A DNA stretch of 61,631 nt, the filler included, from Squatina squatina (lineage: Eukaryota): assembly GCA_031763465.1 (NCBI GenBank). It is 4 parts of 4 records of this genome, joined end to end, with 100 filler letters (N's around TTAATTAATTAA, not from the genome) between each part and the next. Parts side by side here need not be neighbours in the genome. Positions count along the whole stretch, not along the records: positions 30,316 to 47,617 come from JARFOE010000121.1; positions 47,718 to 61,631 come from JARFOE010774625.1; 2 more parts are not named here. One strand, written 5' to 3'. The notes below the pieces were generated by a model, which did no database searches, was not told where the DNA came from, and was given only the letters and a program-made list of their open reading frames with translations. Below are positions 37,073 to 51,223 of this stretch, piece by piece. Within the stretch, counting starts at the first letter, position 1. Each line of letters begins with the position of its first letter. A program made the position numbers and the translations under genes.

Positions 37073-40000
37073 CAGTTACAGATTAATGGCAATACCTAAG
37101 TAATATAATATTGGACTCAGATCTTTCTAATGAGCTCAGATGCTGATTCTAATGTGCTATGTATAAATAAATTCCCCAAAGAAAAAAGCCTTTGTGAGGG
37201 TCGTTGTACTTTTCTTTCAGGAGAACGAAGACAAAGTTCAGTTTTTGCAAAGTCTGTGAAAAAGAATAAAATCAATTTATTATTTCATCAGCGTTTTGTA
37301 TATTTAATAAGTAGATGCTTCATTTTACCAGCAGGGTTCTTTGTGTTTTCTGATCTGATAATGAGATATTTCATGTTAAATACATCAACTTTCAAGCTAT
37401 GACAGATCTAATATATGCACATTAACGACTACTAAGATGTTACATTTCTGCCCTTAAACTATTTAGAACAATATTAATATAGCTATTATTTCCTGTCATA
37501 TGAAAATTAGAAACAAAACAGAGGTAGTCTTTCAATCACACGGACATGAGTCCCATGATTCATACTGTCTGGGTGGAATGTTTCCCTTGTTTAGAGTGTA
37601 TGGGAACACATCTTTGATAAATTACAGTTTGTGTGANNNNNNNNNNNNNNNNNNNNNNNNNNNNNNNNNNNNNNNNNNNNNNNNNNNNNNNNNNNNNNNN
37701 NNNNNNNNNNNNNNNNNNNNNNNNNNNNNNNNNNNNGAATCAATTCACGTAAGAACATAAAAATTAGGAGCAGTAGTAGGCCATATGGCCCTTCTCATTG
37801 AAACTGTAGATTAATCAGGCATTTATGTGTATTGTCCACCTGATCACTTTAATAACATCAGAGGAAAAACTGTTGCATCTTGCCCTGAAAGCTCATTAAC
37901 AAAGCCTTAACAAGCAACAGTGGATTTTTCAAAACAATTTTTTTTACCAATTTTACTCTCCCTTTTTGGGACAGAAAACATGGGACAGAATTTTTTTTAA
38001 AAATCCACCCGTTCCAGCTAATCTCCCAGGTTTCTGCCAGTTTTAATGTCCACCGCTACAATTGTTGCAGAAAACACACCCCTATAATCCTGGGCACTCG
38101 TTCAGTAACTAGCATGAAGGTTACTTCATTCAACATAAAAAGGAAAAAGAGCAAATGTTAGAAATCCAACGTAAAAACAAAAGGTGCTGAAAGTACACGG
38201 CAGACAATATTTGAGAAAAGAGGCAGGGTAATATATTTGGCAGAGACTGTTTGTCAGTACTGGTAAAGTAGTTCTAGCTATGTTATTTTTTCCTTTTCAT
38301 TTGCTGAGGGACCTATTATGTACTTCCAGCATTTTCTGCAGTTATTTGATTTGAGCTGTGCTACCTAATTATGTATAGAGTGAAACCTGCTAATTATGTG
38401 CATCAAAATTACTTCCAGCATGACATGTGGCTTTACTGTACTGCGCTGATTGATAACCTGCTTTTCTGTAAACTGCTTTTGTTTTTTCCACCAGCGCTCA
38501 ACATTTGGTAATGAAAAGGGGGCGGGTCTCGCTGTCTGCCATAAGACATTTGGGCTGATCACCGCTGGAACTGCCATGTCTGAATGACCTCAGCTAATAC
38601 TGGAACTGCAGTACCGAACAAGATGGGAGAATGGATAACTGTCTAATTCCATGGTTGATTGAAAAGGTGGATAAGATCATATATCCGTTATGAAATATGG
38701 CCTTAGGATTATGACAGGCTGCATGTTGATTAGATGAACCCAGTGCCAAATGCAAGTTCCTTGAGGGTATAACATAAATATTCCCATTCTACCCTATCAA
38801 ATATTTTTTTTAGCCTTTGAAGAGAATGGTGCTGGCACGAGATTTAATCATTCTTTGCCTTGTCAATAAATCTCTGCACCATAATGCCTTTAATGAATCC
38901 CAGTTAGTCAGAACTATCAATCCATTGCGAACAATTTCAAATTGATCCATTCGAACTGTTGAGAATATCTTGCATTTAGCTGTCGTTGAGGGAGCTGTGT
39001 TTGCAGCCTGGAGGGTACCTTTCTCAGGTTTCGAAATGGCCGAGATTACAATCAGGTAAGATTGGTCAGCAGTAATTCTGTGCTTCACTAAAATTTTGTA
39101 GGAGCAGTCAACCAAGATAAGCTCAAAATGTTCAAAAAACCAACTCAGTATCCATCTACTCCTGGTGTTTATTTGGAGTAAAGGATTTTACAACTTTATA
39201 AACAAAAGCTATGACCAATTGGAATGTCCATTATTTTGTTGTTACACTCGAGACCATGACGGCTATTTGTGACTGAATAGGTCAGATTCTGATTTCCGTA
39301 CATGGATTCTGGGATTTGCGTGGTGTTTTTAGGATCTCCTTCTACAATTGTGTCCAAACCAGTCATCATTTAAAAGAACTGAAACAGTTCCTTCAGCTCA
39401 TTTTAATTCTCAAAGTCTTGGATTTCTCAGCTTTGCTGNNNNNNNNNNNNNNNNNNNNNNNNNNNNNNNNNNNNNNNNNNNNNNNNNNNNNNNNNNNNNN
39501 NNNNNNNNNNNNNNNNNNNNNNNNNNNNNNNNNNNNNNTCAGTCGTGCATCAAAGCAAGGGTCACCCTCAGCTGGAAGCCAATATTTCAGGGTCCTGTGT
39601 GATTGATTCTGCATTTTACTGGAAACCATACTTGTTTTAATTTGAACATTTTTGTTATAAAAGGTCAGAATTGAATTTATTATTTCTATTTCTGGTCCAT
39701 GTATTTGCACAATTCTCTATTTATGTGATAAAACATTTTTTTCCCTTTTTCAGTGTGGGATTACATATGCAGAACTGAAGTTATTAATAAGCTGAGTTCT
39801 GATGAACAGGAATCAAAGTCTGTCCATATTGGCTGCAAATGAATGTGCTGGATGACACATTGATGTTTTTGGAAATGAGCTCGTATATGATATGCATACA
39901 CAAATCTCATGGTTTGTTGGCTTAAAGTAATGAACTAAAATGTAATTTGTCTTTATTTTCTTTTACTTTTCAGCTGCAGGGTTGGGATGAATTCATCATC

Positions 40001-41707
40001 ATTTCAGGAAACATGAAATGTCAATTTTCATCTGTCTTTGCTATATTAATCCGACAATTCCATTTCATAAACCTATTTGCTGAAGCACATTCTGCATTTA
40101 AAAAAAAATCCACTTCCCCAACAGTGTCAGTAAAATTGAAGAGATATATTTACTGTAGGTGGAATTGTGAAATTAGATAATAGGATAGATTTTCCGTTTT
40201 TGGGCACAACTGGTGATCCAGGAGCAAATTGCCCCCAAAATTGCTCTAGTTTTGAGATGTGTTTTTTTTCCTCAACGTTCCACTGAACTTCATTTGCATA
40301 TTGCTGAACATAAAATCTGTCATGAACTAGCGTTTTAGATCGTAATTTTTTTTTAAACGTTCTTGCTTTCAAAAATATTCTCCGATAGATTTAAGAGTGA
40401 TAACCTGGGACAGTTTGATTAATACAGCTAAAAATGGGTTTATCACAAAAAATAAGCATTTTTATTCAAAGTTTCTAGTTTACCTTCACCACCTGTAAAT
40501 AACTGAAAATTACTTTTAAAAAAAACAATACAATAGCATTTACTAGTTTCTTAGCAAATTAAAAAATATATATTCAAAAGCTTTTGGAATGTGCCTATTA
40601 GTGTCCTTGCACCTGAAAAAAAAGGCTTGATTTTAAGAACCTTTGCGGAGACCCGCAAACAGGTACAATTGGCGGAAACTCGCAATGGTGATTAATTTGA
40701 TCTGAGGGCGTGGCCAGTTTTGTGGGCAGGGCCTGCTTCGAGGGCAATTTTTTAAAAAACTAGTGCAAAAGATCATGGAAACTCGATTTGCGCTGGACAT
40801 AATTAGCACTTTAAATTCCGTGATCTTTCGCGCTGGTTTGGCCGATTTTGGGCAAATTGCTCTGAAAAGAACAGTCTAGTAGAAACTCGAGGCCAATGAC
40901 TCAGAAATTTCAACCAAGTGCAGATGCTGGTTAACCAAGTCTGATTATGAAAATTGCTCTTCACAAACCTGGCAGTGTAACTTTGGATGCATTCACTGGT
41001 TGTGTGTTTTGTGTTGTGATATAGAATTATATTTTAACCTGCTTCCAATATTTTAGTATGAGATTTATCAGCTCTTTTTGGACTGATAGGTGGGTTGAAC
41101 TAAATGAAGATTTTATAGCATCAGTTTTTGATTCAAACATGCATCTCTGGCATTGAAATGGAGCTTGCTTATGGCTTGCATGCTAACATAATGCATATTG
41201 CAATTGTTACCCAAAAGCATGTGTTATGCATGTGGCTGCTATGGCAACCTTCTTAGGTTCAATGGTGTCACTCACTTCTTCACATGGTCTGAGCATCTCA
41301 TTTTGATGGGAGTTGACTGGCACTGCCCTGTATCTACTTCTACAATAGCATAACCTAGGGATGTAACAATAGCATCCCCTCATGAACTGGACTGGACACT
41401 TGTGCCCTTCCCATTTTTAATTCTTCAGTCACGCTAAAAATGGACCAAGCAAACACTCGGGTGAGATGAGATTAGATTAAAGTCAATAAACTGTTATATT
41501 TCCCATCAGCACAACAGTTATGATCGGATTCAGGTACAGCAGGCAGTGAAGAAAGCGAATGGTATGTTGGCATTCATAGCAAGAGGATTCGAGTATAGGA
41601 GCAGGGANNNNNNNNNNNNNNNNNNNNNNNNNNNNNNNNNNNNNNNNNNNNNNNNNNNNNNNNNNNNNNNNNNNNNNNNNNNNNNNNNNNNNNNNNNNNN
41701 NNNNNNN

Positions 41708-41830
41708 CGGTCTGCCAGGAGCTGCAGCTGGACACATTTCCTGCACACGTAGTCATCAGGGACACCATCAGTATCCCTGATTTCACACATGTTGCAGGAG
41801 GAGCATACCACGGGGCCGATCTCAACTGAC
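41708..41830 (-). mobile_element. CR1 ORF1 N-terminal Cys-rich fragment
   Basis: VCSSCNMCEIRDTDGVPDDYVCRKCVQLQLLAD, with CxxC...CxxC typical of CR1 ORF1. Confidence 0.7.
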
Positions 41831-44800
41831 AGGACTTACCCTTAAATTAAATTAAATCAAATCACTCCCACTTTAAAAATCCTAATCTTTTAAGCTGTAC
41901 CTTCAACTAAAAAGTACCGTACCCTTTAAGGGAGGACTGGCTGTTTTGCTGACATCAGCGCGCTGGGCACTGACGCGGCTTTTCGGACGCCGGTGACATG
42001 GTGCTGAAGCCACGCCACTGGTGTCTGGCCCCGGCTGCCCCAGGAGCATCCGGGAGCGTTCTGCATCCCACAGGCGCCCCAGAGCACCGAATACCGGGAG
42101 TGCCAGGGTGGGGTGGGCACCGGCGAGAGAAGTACTGGGTCGCATCCCATACGTGTTTTAAACGCAGCACCAGGGAATTTCCGCCCCTAAGTCTGCGTTG
42201 CATGCCGATTTATGTCACAATACCACCATCTTGTTCTGTGGCTCTGCTCGTTACTGGCAGCGCAAAGATAGGGACAAACCTGGCGGCTGCCACGGCACTA
42301 ACCAGTAGCTGTTGAAAGAGCAGCGGCGTCTTACTCCACTGGTCTTCCTTGCCTGCATCTTCCTTTCACTTGTTCCTCAGCGGATACAATTGGCATCAAA
42401 AGGACTTTTCTTGCAATATATTTCTGGGTCCTTTCACACCTGCGGTATTAATTAGAGCCTGGTTCCAGTGTGACTTTTAACTCAAGATAAGCATGCCACA
42501 TTAATTCTGGAATTGCAACATGGCAAAAGTTAATTGCATATGCTCTCCCCCTCCAACAATTGGCAAAATGTAGTCTTTCTTTCCATCAGCATTAAAACTT
42601 TACCACCTTATAAACCTTTGCCGTGAAATGTGAACTGACAGTACTGCAGGGCAACTGCACATTCATGCTTAGGTGAAAATAATTTGCATAGTGTTAGTGG
42701 GTTAGTGGGATAAAGACTATCATTATGCAAAATATCCCTCCATTTAGATCTCCCAAATCTATTAATATTTGCATCATTCAAAATTAATCAATTAAGCTCG
42801 GATCATTAGATACCAAACAGTAATGCTATTTTACAAAGGTGATGTTGCTTTTTTAACACNNNNNNNNNNNNNNNNNNNNNNNNNNNNNNNNNNNNNNNNN
42901 NNNNNNNNNNNNNNNNNNNNNNNNNNNNNNNNNNNNNNNNNNNNNNNNNNNNNNNNNNNTACTTTCAATATTGCAGTGACTGTCAAACTGATAACTTATT
43001 CTGCTGAACTGGTGCTTCATTTGAAACAATCAAACTGATTTTTTTTCTGGAATCTTGGAGGTCAAACACCAATCTCCTTCAAACTTCCAGTTTAAATACT
43101 TTCAATCTCTTTTCTGAGATTTGTATTCATAGTCGTACATGCAGCTATGCAAAAATCTTAACTTCAAGCCCACCACGAATGGCATGAGGTTAAAAACCAC
43201 TGTGTTCATCATGCACTTAATGCATTTAAATACAAAGTGCTATCACTTTTTCATCAGATTTAAATGCAAAGATTGCGCAGGGACATGATTGAACAGGTAT
43301 CTGTGTGAGTAAGCATCCCAGATCTCAGCAGGACATTGTACTGAACACACAGGGCACAACAGGGATCCTTGTTGCAAAGCAGCGTGCACTAAATGATGTT
43401 TGAAAATGCTTTCATCTAATCGTACCACTTTCATCCACTTAACAATGTACCACTAGGGTTTCGACTCAGCAGTGGAAGATCGGACGATCCCTCAGGGAAA
43501 TATCCTGATGAAGTTACCAGCAACTACTAGGGGCATTATTTCTGTCACTGGGATCCTATTCATCTAAACTGGCCTCATGTGAAGATCTGTCGAGCCCTGT
43601 TCATCCTTTTCAGTTATAGGAACAATTATTTAACATAGTTAATGTTTTAATTTATATGATATAGATAATTCAAATGGAGGCAATATTTTACTCCACCAGA
43701 CTATTTTTGGGCTCTAAATATCTTCTCCAAGGTACAACCTGCAGTGACGATTATCATTTAAGATAGCCGAAGGGCTGCACACTGCTTTCCTGGTGGCATG
43801 AGTCGTTCTTCATTTGCCTCGAACATGTTTAGGATTCCATTTAAAAAACATTTGTGAAATGAAAAGCTCTCTTGCTGTTATACAGAAACTGCTCCATTAA
43901 TAACTTTACCAATTATCCAGTCATAGTCTTTTTGGCCACAAGAACCCTGTGATGTCTCTGTTCTGTCTGCTTAAAATGCACGAAGGGAATGTTCTCAACA
44001 GTTCCTCCTTTTTAATGGTTTTACCACTTGTCTATTACTGTTCTCTGAGATTTTTTCCCCCTCTCCATTCATGCCATATGTAGATTGAATTACTTTTTTC
44101 TATTGCTTTAATTTTCTATCGCTTAAGAATACCTGCAACTNNNNNNNNNNNNNNNNNNNNNNNNNNNNNNNNNNNNNNNNNNNNNNNNNNNNNNNNNNNN
44201 NNNNNNNNNNNNNNNNNNNNNNNNNNNNNNNNNNNNNNNNGATGTGACATAGATCTTCATAATAGATAATTCTCTCATTCAATATTCTCAGCTCTCAGAG
44301 GTTAGGATTTGCTGTAAAAGCAACCAAAATGTAGTTAGCTGCGCAACACCCAGTGACTCCGGAACGGAGAAGTAAAGGTTCAAATGCAAAGGGGAATAAA
44401 CAAGGAATAAACAATCTAATCTATGAAACCCTGACCAGTTATATCACAGAGATAACTTATCCATCACCTCAGTAATGGAGGAATCATCATGTTCTGTACC
44501 TTTGACAAGCTATATTCATCTTTATTTTAAGAACCATCAATCCCATTCACAAGATTTTATCCAATTTGTCTTTGTAAATGAATCAAGCAATATTGATTAC
44601 ATAGTTTTGTCTGTTCCAGATAGGCACTATTGTATGGAGTTAATTTTCATCTCTCACCTTGCATGAGATGTATTACTTTCACTCATGTCCGTTAGCTTTA
44701 TGATCAAAGTTCAAGGCAAGTAATTTGCTTAAATCCACCTTACTCATTCTTTTCATCGTTTTAACGAGCTGGATAATAAACCCCTTTGACCTTTTTACTG

Positions 44801-45945
44801 CATTGCAAATGAATCCAGTTCCATGAGTCCCTCGACATAACTTGTAGCCTCAACTTAGGCTGTTNNNNNNNNNNNNNNNNNNNNNNNNNNNNNNNNNNNN
44901 NNNNNNNNNNNNNNNNNNNNNNNNNNNNNNNNNNNNNNNNNNNNNNNNNNNNNNNNNNNNNNNNNNNNNNNNNNNNNNNNNNNNNNNNNNNNNNNNNNNN
45001 NNNNNNNNNNNNNNNNNNNNNNNNNNNNNNNNNNNNNNNNNAAGTTTAATTTCATTTTGGAATCTTTCTTGTCACTCCCATTTCGAATACCTTGAAACTG
45101 CTGTGCTCAGAATATTCTGCATCTTTGCTAATGAGTCCGAAGAGGTTAAGATTATCCATTTTGAGTTATAATCAAATATTCTGAAGACATAGCTCGGGAA
45201 TTGATTGGACTTCTTAATAACACTTTCATGTCGAAGGCAAACTTGCAGTGAATGATGAATAATCACATCTGAATCATTTCTATCTCATCCAATGAGCACC
45301 ATTTATTATGTGCTAATGGTTCTTGTTCCCTGCTTAAACACCCATTACCTTTCATTTATCCTTTAAAGATGTATCTTGGTTGGTGATAAGTTGCTCATTT
45401 TTTATTTTCAGCTCTGCTGATGAAGAAGTACTTTATAATGAAAGTATTTCTGCTGTATTTTCTGTCTCCTTTATATGGATATGGACGTAATTCTATAGGA
45501 AGTTTGGTTCAAGAAGCAAAATCAAAAATGGCAATTAACCCTTGCTGTATCATCGAAGTGTTATTACATTGTGATGCCATCCTGATGCCAGGTCCACTGA
45601 TGAGACACTCGTTCAAAGGCAGCAACTCTATTTGATACTGAAAAATCACAGCAACGATTGACACAATATGGTTGATGTTCCACTCTGATGTATCCAGGGA
45701 ATACTCATTGCCAGGCAGAACATAGAGGGGGAAATGTAGGTTGCCACAGAAGGTCTTTGGGCCTGGAGACTTTCTGGCTGCTGAGGTTGCTAGGGTTTTT
45801 GTAGGCTATACCTGGCAACCATCAGCACATAATGGCTAATGTGGANNNNNNNNNNNNNNNNNNNNNNNNNNNNNNNNNNNNNNNNNNNNNNNNNNNNNNN
45901 NNNNNNNNNNNNNNNNNNNNNNNNNNNNNNNNNNNNNNNNNNNNN

Positions 45946-46620
45946 ATGTGAGAAGGTGGATAACATACCAGCATTTTGTATTCTTTCAGCCCTGTCACTG
46001 GCCATGGGCTCAGTGATGCCCCTCCCAAGAATGACCAGCACTGATTCCTCCATGGGGGTGAGGTTATGCAGGCGAGCCTGTGCCCTGCCAGTTAGGTGCT
46101 GCTGCCTCCAGTTGTGCACCACCTTTCCCTGCAAGAGAAAAGCAAGTATGCCAGTCAGTGCGGTGCAATTTGTTCGGGTGATGTGCCTGTCATGGTTGAC
46201 TAGCTGGCAGTGTGTGCAAGCTGTGAGATGTGGGTGGGAGACTTGTCGCAGTGGTAAGTGTGTGAGGGTGAGGTGAAGCTATTAATGTGAGATATGAGTC
46301 ATGTATGGTAGAGATTTTTGGTGGGTGAGGGATGAGTGTTGTGGTGCAGATGGTGAAATATTGCATTTGAAGATGAATTCACTGACACTTGTGTGAGGTC
46401 ATTAAACATCTTCCTGCACTGCGTCCAGGTCCTCAGGGGCTACAATGCTGGCATACACTAAAGCGCCTAAATGCTCCCACTGCACTTTGCTCTGTTGCCT
46501 GGAGGGCCTCCTAGCTCCCTGTAGAGAAAAGACCTGTTTTCCTATTGACCAAGGCCTCTCGTGTTGCATCAGAGAAGTTAGTGCACGCTCTCTCCCCTGT
46601 TGTGCCATCATCCATCATTA
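45946..46620 (-). mobile_element. Harbinger-type Myb/SANT DNA-binding ORF relic (two exon-like pieces)
   Basis: MAQQGRERA... W ...RTWTQCRKMFNDLTQV (after a frameshift), then ttgcag|GKVVHNWRQQHLTGRAQARLHNLTPMEESVLVILG; NAIF1/MSANTD-like pattern. Confidence 0.65.
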
Positions 46621-47617
46621 GTTCTTTTATGCTGTCTTCCCCAACCTGGTCAATGATTTGCTGCAGGCAGAATTCACCTCCCCTTTAAGTGGTGCAGATT
46701 GCCTTTAAGAAGTGCAGGTTAGCTTTAGTTGGTGCTCGTCTTCCATAAACTTGGGCCTCCCTGCTGAGCATTCAGCCACTCAGCAGCACATTCAGCGCTG
46801 GGCCGAATGCTGCAATCATGGAAATGAGCAGGCAGAACAGATTTTGCGCACTGCCTGCAGTCACACATTGTGATCCCCGCACCCGTTTTCGGGGCAAACA
46901 CATTTCTAGGTCATAGTTTCTCCAATATTTTACTGCAGTATTAAAAATTTAATTTACCATCAACAATGAATATACGGCTCTGCTGCATTTTTTATGAAAG
47001 TTGCATATAAAATGGCTTCTTCAGACATTCTTAACTTGTCAGCCCAATTTCTTTCCAGCTTGCACGGAAGTGAATAAATAAATAATTGCATTTTTGCATT
47101 TCCAAAGTCAGAGTGAAAGGCTGACATCCTGTTCTATGAAGTAGTTGCACATACCACAAATATCTAATGTCACTAATTAAATATTAACTGTGGTCCAGTA
47201 TCCCAACTTGTGAGGTCAATATAAATACTGGCACTGAAGTGCGTCATGTTTTGCCAAATGTGTTAAGTCTTATACCTGTAACACATAGTGAAATGATGGA
47301 TACTTTAAAAAAATGGAAAGCAGATGTGCACTTTTAATATTGCTTCTGAGTATTTCTAAAAATGATTCATGACACAAATTGTTTCCTTCAAACGTTTCTC
47401 CTATCCCACATCATCACGGAGAGTTGTTTGTACTAATAAAATAGTTAAGGACCATGACCCAAATTAGAGTTACCACCAAGGTTGAAAAGAGCACATTCGG
47501 CCCATTGTATCTGTGCCAGCTATTTGGTAGAGCTATTCACCAAAATCAGTCCCACTCCCCTGTTCTGAAGAATTAAATCAGGAAGTACAGGTTAATTTAC
47601 ATCACAATCATGAACGG

Positions 47618-47717
47618 NNNNNNNNNNNNNNNNNNNNNNNNNNNNNNNNNNNNNNNNNNNNTTAATTAATTAANNNNNNNNNNNNNNNNNNNNNNNNNNN
47701 NNNNNNNNNNNNNNNNN
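47618..47717. other. Artificial scaffold-joining linker
   Basis: N44-TTAATTAATTAA(47662-47673)-N44. Confidence 0.97.
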
Positions 47718-48460
47718 CATTTTGGGGCAAAAACAGGAATGCAGATTATTATCTGAATGGCGGTAGATGAGGAAATGGAGAGGTGCAACGAGATCTGGGT
47801 GTCCTTGTGCACCAGTCGCTGAAAGTAAGCATGCAGTTGCAGCAGGCAGTGAAGAAGACAAATGGTATGTTGGCCTTCATAGCGAGAGGATTTGAGTACA
47901 GGAGCAAGAATGTCTTGCTGCAGCTTTTCAGGCCTTGGTGAGACCACACCTGGAGTATTGTATGCAGTTTTGGTCTCCTTATCTGAGGAAGGATGTTCTT
48001 GCTGTGAAGGGAGTGCAGCAAAAGTTCACCAGAATGATTCCTGGGATGGCAGGACTGACGGATGAAGTGAGATTGGGACGATTAGGCTTCTCTTCACGAG
48101 TGTTTGGAAGAATGAGAAGGGAACTCATTGAAGCTTATAAAATTTTGACAGAACTGGACAGACGAGATGCAGGAAAGATGTTCCTGATGTTGGGGTAAGC
48201 CATTTAGAACTGAGATGAGGAGACATTTCTTCATGCAGGGAGTGGTGAACCTGTGGAATTCTCTACCACACAAGCAGTTGAGGCCAAATCATTAAATATA
48301 TTCAAGAAGGAGGTCGATATAGTTCTTATGGCTAAAGAGATCAAGGGATATGTGGAAAAAGCTTGGATGATCAGTCAGGATCCCATTGAATGGTGGAGCA
48401 GGCTCGAAGGTCGGAAGTGCCTACGTCTGCTCCTATTTTCTATGTTTCTGTGGTTCTACA
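47718..48460 (+). mobile_element. CR1 LINE 3' portion
   Basis: LVRPHLEYCMQFWSPYLRKDV...; CR1 tail ctgctcctattttctatgtttct. Confidence 0.92.
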
Positions 48461-48467
48461 TGGGTCT

Positions 48468-48720
48468 CGTGTAATATAAACAGTGACAGCATCTACTGCA
48501 GTAATAACTGAGACAGGGCTTAATGCCGTATAAACTCAGCGAAGGTATCATCTAATATAAATACAGGCATGGTCCAGTGCATTAATAATTGAGACAGGGC
48601 CGAGTGCAATATAAACTGAGCCAGTGTCTGCTGTGATAAAACAGAGACAGGGCCGTAATAACTGACACAGCGCCCAGTGTAATATAAACAGAGACATGGA
48701 CTAGTGCAGTCATAACTAAG
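48468..48720. repeat. Degenerate short-period tandem repeat
   Basis: Recurrent gtaatataaac / taataactgagacagggc / agtgca motifs. Confidence 0.65.
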
Positions 48721-49151
48721 AAATCTGTGACTGTGGTTACTGACCCTCCGCATGCTGGAAACAGTTTTTTCCTAATTACACGAACAAAGCCCTTTATAAT
48801 TTTGAACAACTCGAAGAAATCTCCCCTGGACATTCTCGGCTCCAATGAGAAAAATCCCAGCTCCCAGCTCCCAGCTCTCTACTGGTGCACCTCACACAGT
48901 ATAAGCCTCAATTCTCTTGAGTCATTTTGCCTGAGCCACTTCCAGATTTTCCCTTGTGGAGCTGCTGACACTTTTCTGTGGAAGCAGTGGAAATACCCTG
49001 TGAGAACAATGTTGGCATAGCTTCCCAGGCAAGATAAGTGGACCAGTCCCATGAATTAAACGGATCCTTTTAATACTGGGCTCTGGGCCTGAACTTGAGA
49101 TATACTGAGTTAACGGGCAACGTTGTGTAATACATGTTATGTGACTTTACA

Positions 49152-49650
49152 GCCTCGGTCATTGGGTTCACTCTCGCCTCTGAGTCAGAATGTCATAGGT
49201 TGAAGTCTCACTTCAGAGACTTGAGCCCATGATCTAGACCAGCACTCCCACTGCCAGTGCTGAAAAGTTGCTGCACGGTCAGAGAAGCCATATTTCCGAT
49301 GAGACGTTGAACCAAACCCCATCTCCTCTCTCAGGTGGATTTCCTGCTTCTGTGGACAGTTTATTAAAGAACAGGCTTCCCGTGCCCATGGCAAATATTT
49401 ACCCCTCAACAAACATCTAAAAAACTTATTGCTTCTTCTGGATTCCAGCATCCGCAGTATTTCGCTTCTGCAAAAATCCTATTCCCTGGACATGATCTCA
49501 TTGCTGTTTGTGGGATCTTGCTTTGTGCAAATTGGCTGCTGTGTTTAATACGTTACAAGAGAGACTGCCGTTCATATAGTACATCATTGGCTGACAAGCG
49601 CTTTGGGACATCATGATGTCATGAATGGCGCTATGTAATCATAAGTTCTT
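49152..49650 (+). mobile_element. Deu-domain SINE, near full length, diverged
   Basis: tRNA-like head (ctcgcctctgagtcagaa...), core gatgagacgttgaacc...ctctcaggtgga, tail gcgctttgggacatc...ggcgctatgtaa. Confidence 0.75.
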
Positions 49651-50529
49651 TCCAAATGTCAAGATTTAAAGTTACAAGTTGCGAAATGTGAAAACCTCAG
49701 CCATAAAAGCGAGTGGAGAACACTCCCCTGCTCACTGGTTTAACCTCTTTAGCTACAACGGGTTAAAGCCACCACAAAATGGACACCCAGTGTAATACCA
49801 ACCTGAGCTTTCATTGAATTCAGCAGCAGAATTCTCAAAACTGAATTATTAATTTTATTATGTTTGCCCTTGATATGAATCACATCTCTTCCAATTGCCG
49901 TTCCTGAAACTGACGTCAAAGTTCAAGATATTTCTATAAATGTTGTACCGACTGTCAATATTCCTAAAATAAACCATTGTTGCCAGTTAAAATGGAACGA
50001 TAAATGACTTTTTAGAACTGGTTTTTCAGCCATGAATAACTCACGGAAACCAATGAGATGTTTTTGTAAATAAACAGAAATAGAATTGCCAGATTAGAGT
50101 ATTGAGCGACAGAAACACAATAAGTGTTTCTCCACTAACACAGCACAGAAATAAAGAGTAAGAGAGAAATGCAAATATCTCAACGGGTGCCAGCAACAAT
50201 TGTTGTTTTGGAGCATTCCTCTAAGTTATAGGAGAATAAAGTAAAGATAATATCTACAGTCAGAATGGGAAACATTTCCTATAATCACCGAATATATGAC
50301 ATCACAAATGTGTTTGTGAAGATTTCCTGCAGCTTCTACCTCCCTGCCTCTCTCAAATTTCCATCTCTGTCTCTGCCACACTGTTTTTTCCGCAAAACTA
50401 CATGTCAACGTCTTACAAAAGTTATGCCTTTGCCCTTTCCACAAGCCTTGGACCAAATTGATTGGTCTGGACGGCAGGCGATTTAACCTAAAATATGACA
50501 TGTGCATTAGATGATTTGGGATGGCCGAA

Positions 50530-50992
50530 TAAGGCAGTGCAGAGGGAGCTTTGCTCTCTGTCGAACCTGTGCAATACCTCTCCTGGGAATATTTGATGGG
50601 ACAGTTTAGAGGGAGCTTTACTCAGTATATAACCTGTGCTGTGCCATCACTGACAGTGTTTGATGGGACAGTGCAGAGGGAAATTTGCCCTGCATCTAAT
50701 CGGTGCTGTACATGTCCTGAGAGTGTTTTATCGGACAGTGTAGAAGAAACTTAACTCTGTATCTAACCCGTGCTATCCCTGCCCAGCAAATGTATGATGC
50801 GACAGTGTAGAAGAAACCTGACTCTGAACCAAACCATTGCTGTACCTGTCCTGGGATTGTCTGATGGGACAGTGTCGAGGGAGCTATACAGTGTATCAAA
50901 CCCGTGCTATTCCTGCCCTCAGAGTGTTTGATAAGACAGGATAGAGCGGAATTTATTCTCTATCTAACTGTCCTGTACCTTCCCTGAGCGTA
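50530..50992. repeat. ~67-bp degenerate satellite (gatgggacagtgtagagggagctttactctgtatctaacccgtgctgtacctg...), ~7 copies
   Basis: ggacag anchors near 50599, 50666, 50733, 50800, 50867, 50934. Confidence 0.85.
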
Positions 50993-51223
50993 TTGGTTTG
51001 CACAGTACGACTCCACTACCCCAGCAACATCATCTATATTGCATTACGGTTTTCCCAGTTTGTCTTCTTCGCATCAGCAATATATACTACCGTTTGACGT
51101 CATCATCAATCAATGCAGCATTATCAGTGTCACTTGGTCGCCAGTGCAACATCATTCTGACTTATGACCCACAGCCACGCAGGGTTCTCAATGTGACCTC
51201 ATCAGAATGGCCTGAATTTGTAC

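Noticed and set aside
50169-50176. Ig octamer ATGCAAAT, with CRE tgacgtca at 49911 and 51095
   Set aside because: 2.4-3.6 kb from the V leader with no associated leader or V; 8-mers are expected by chance
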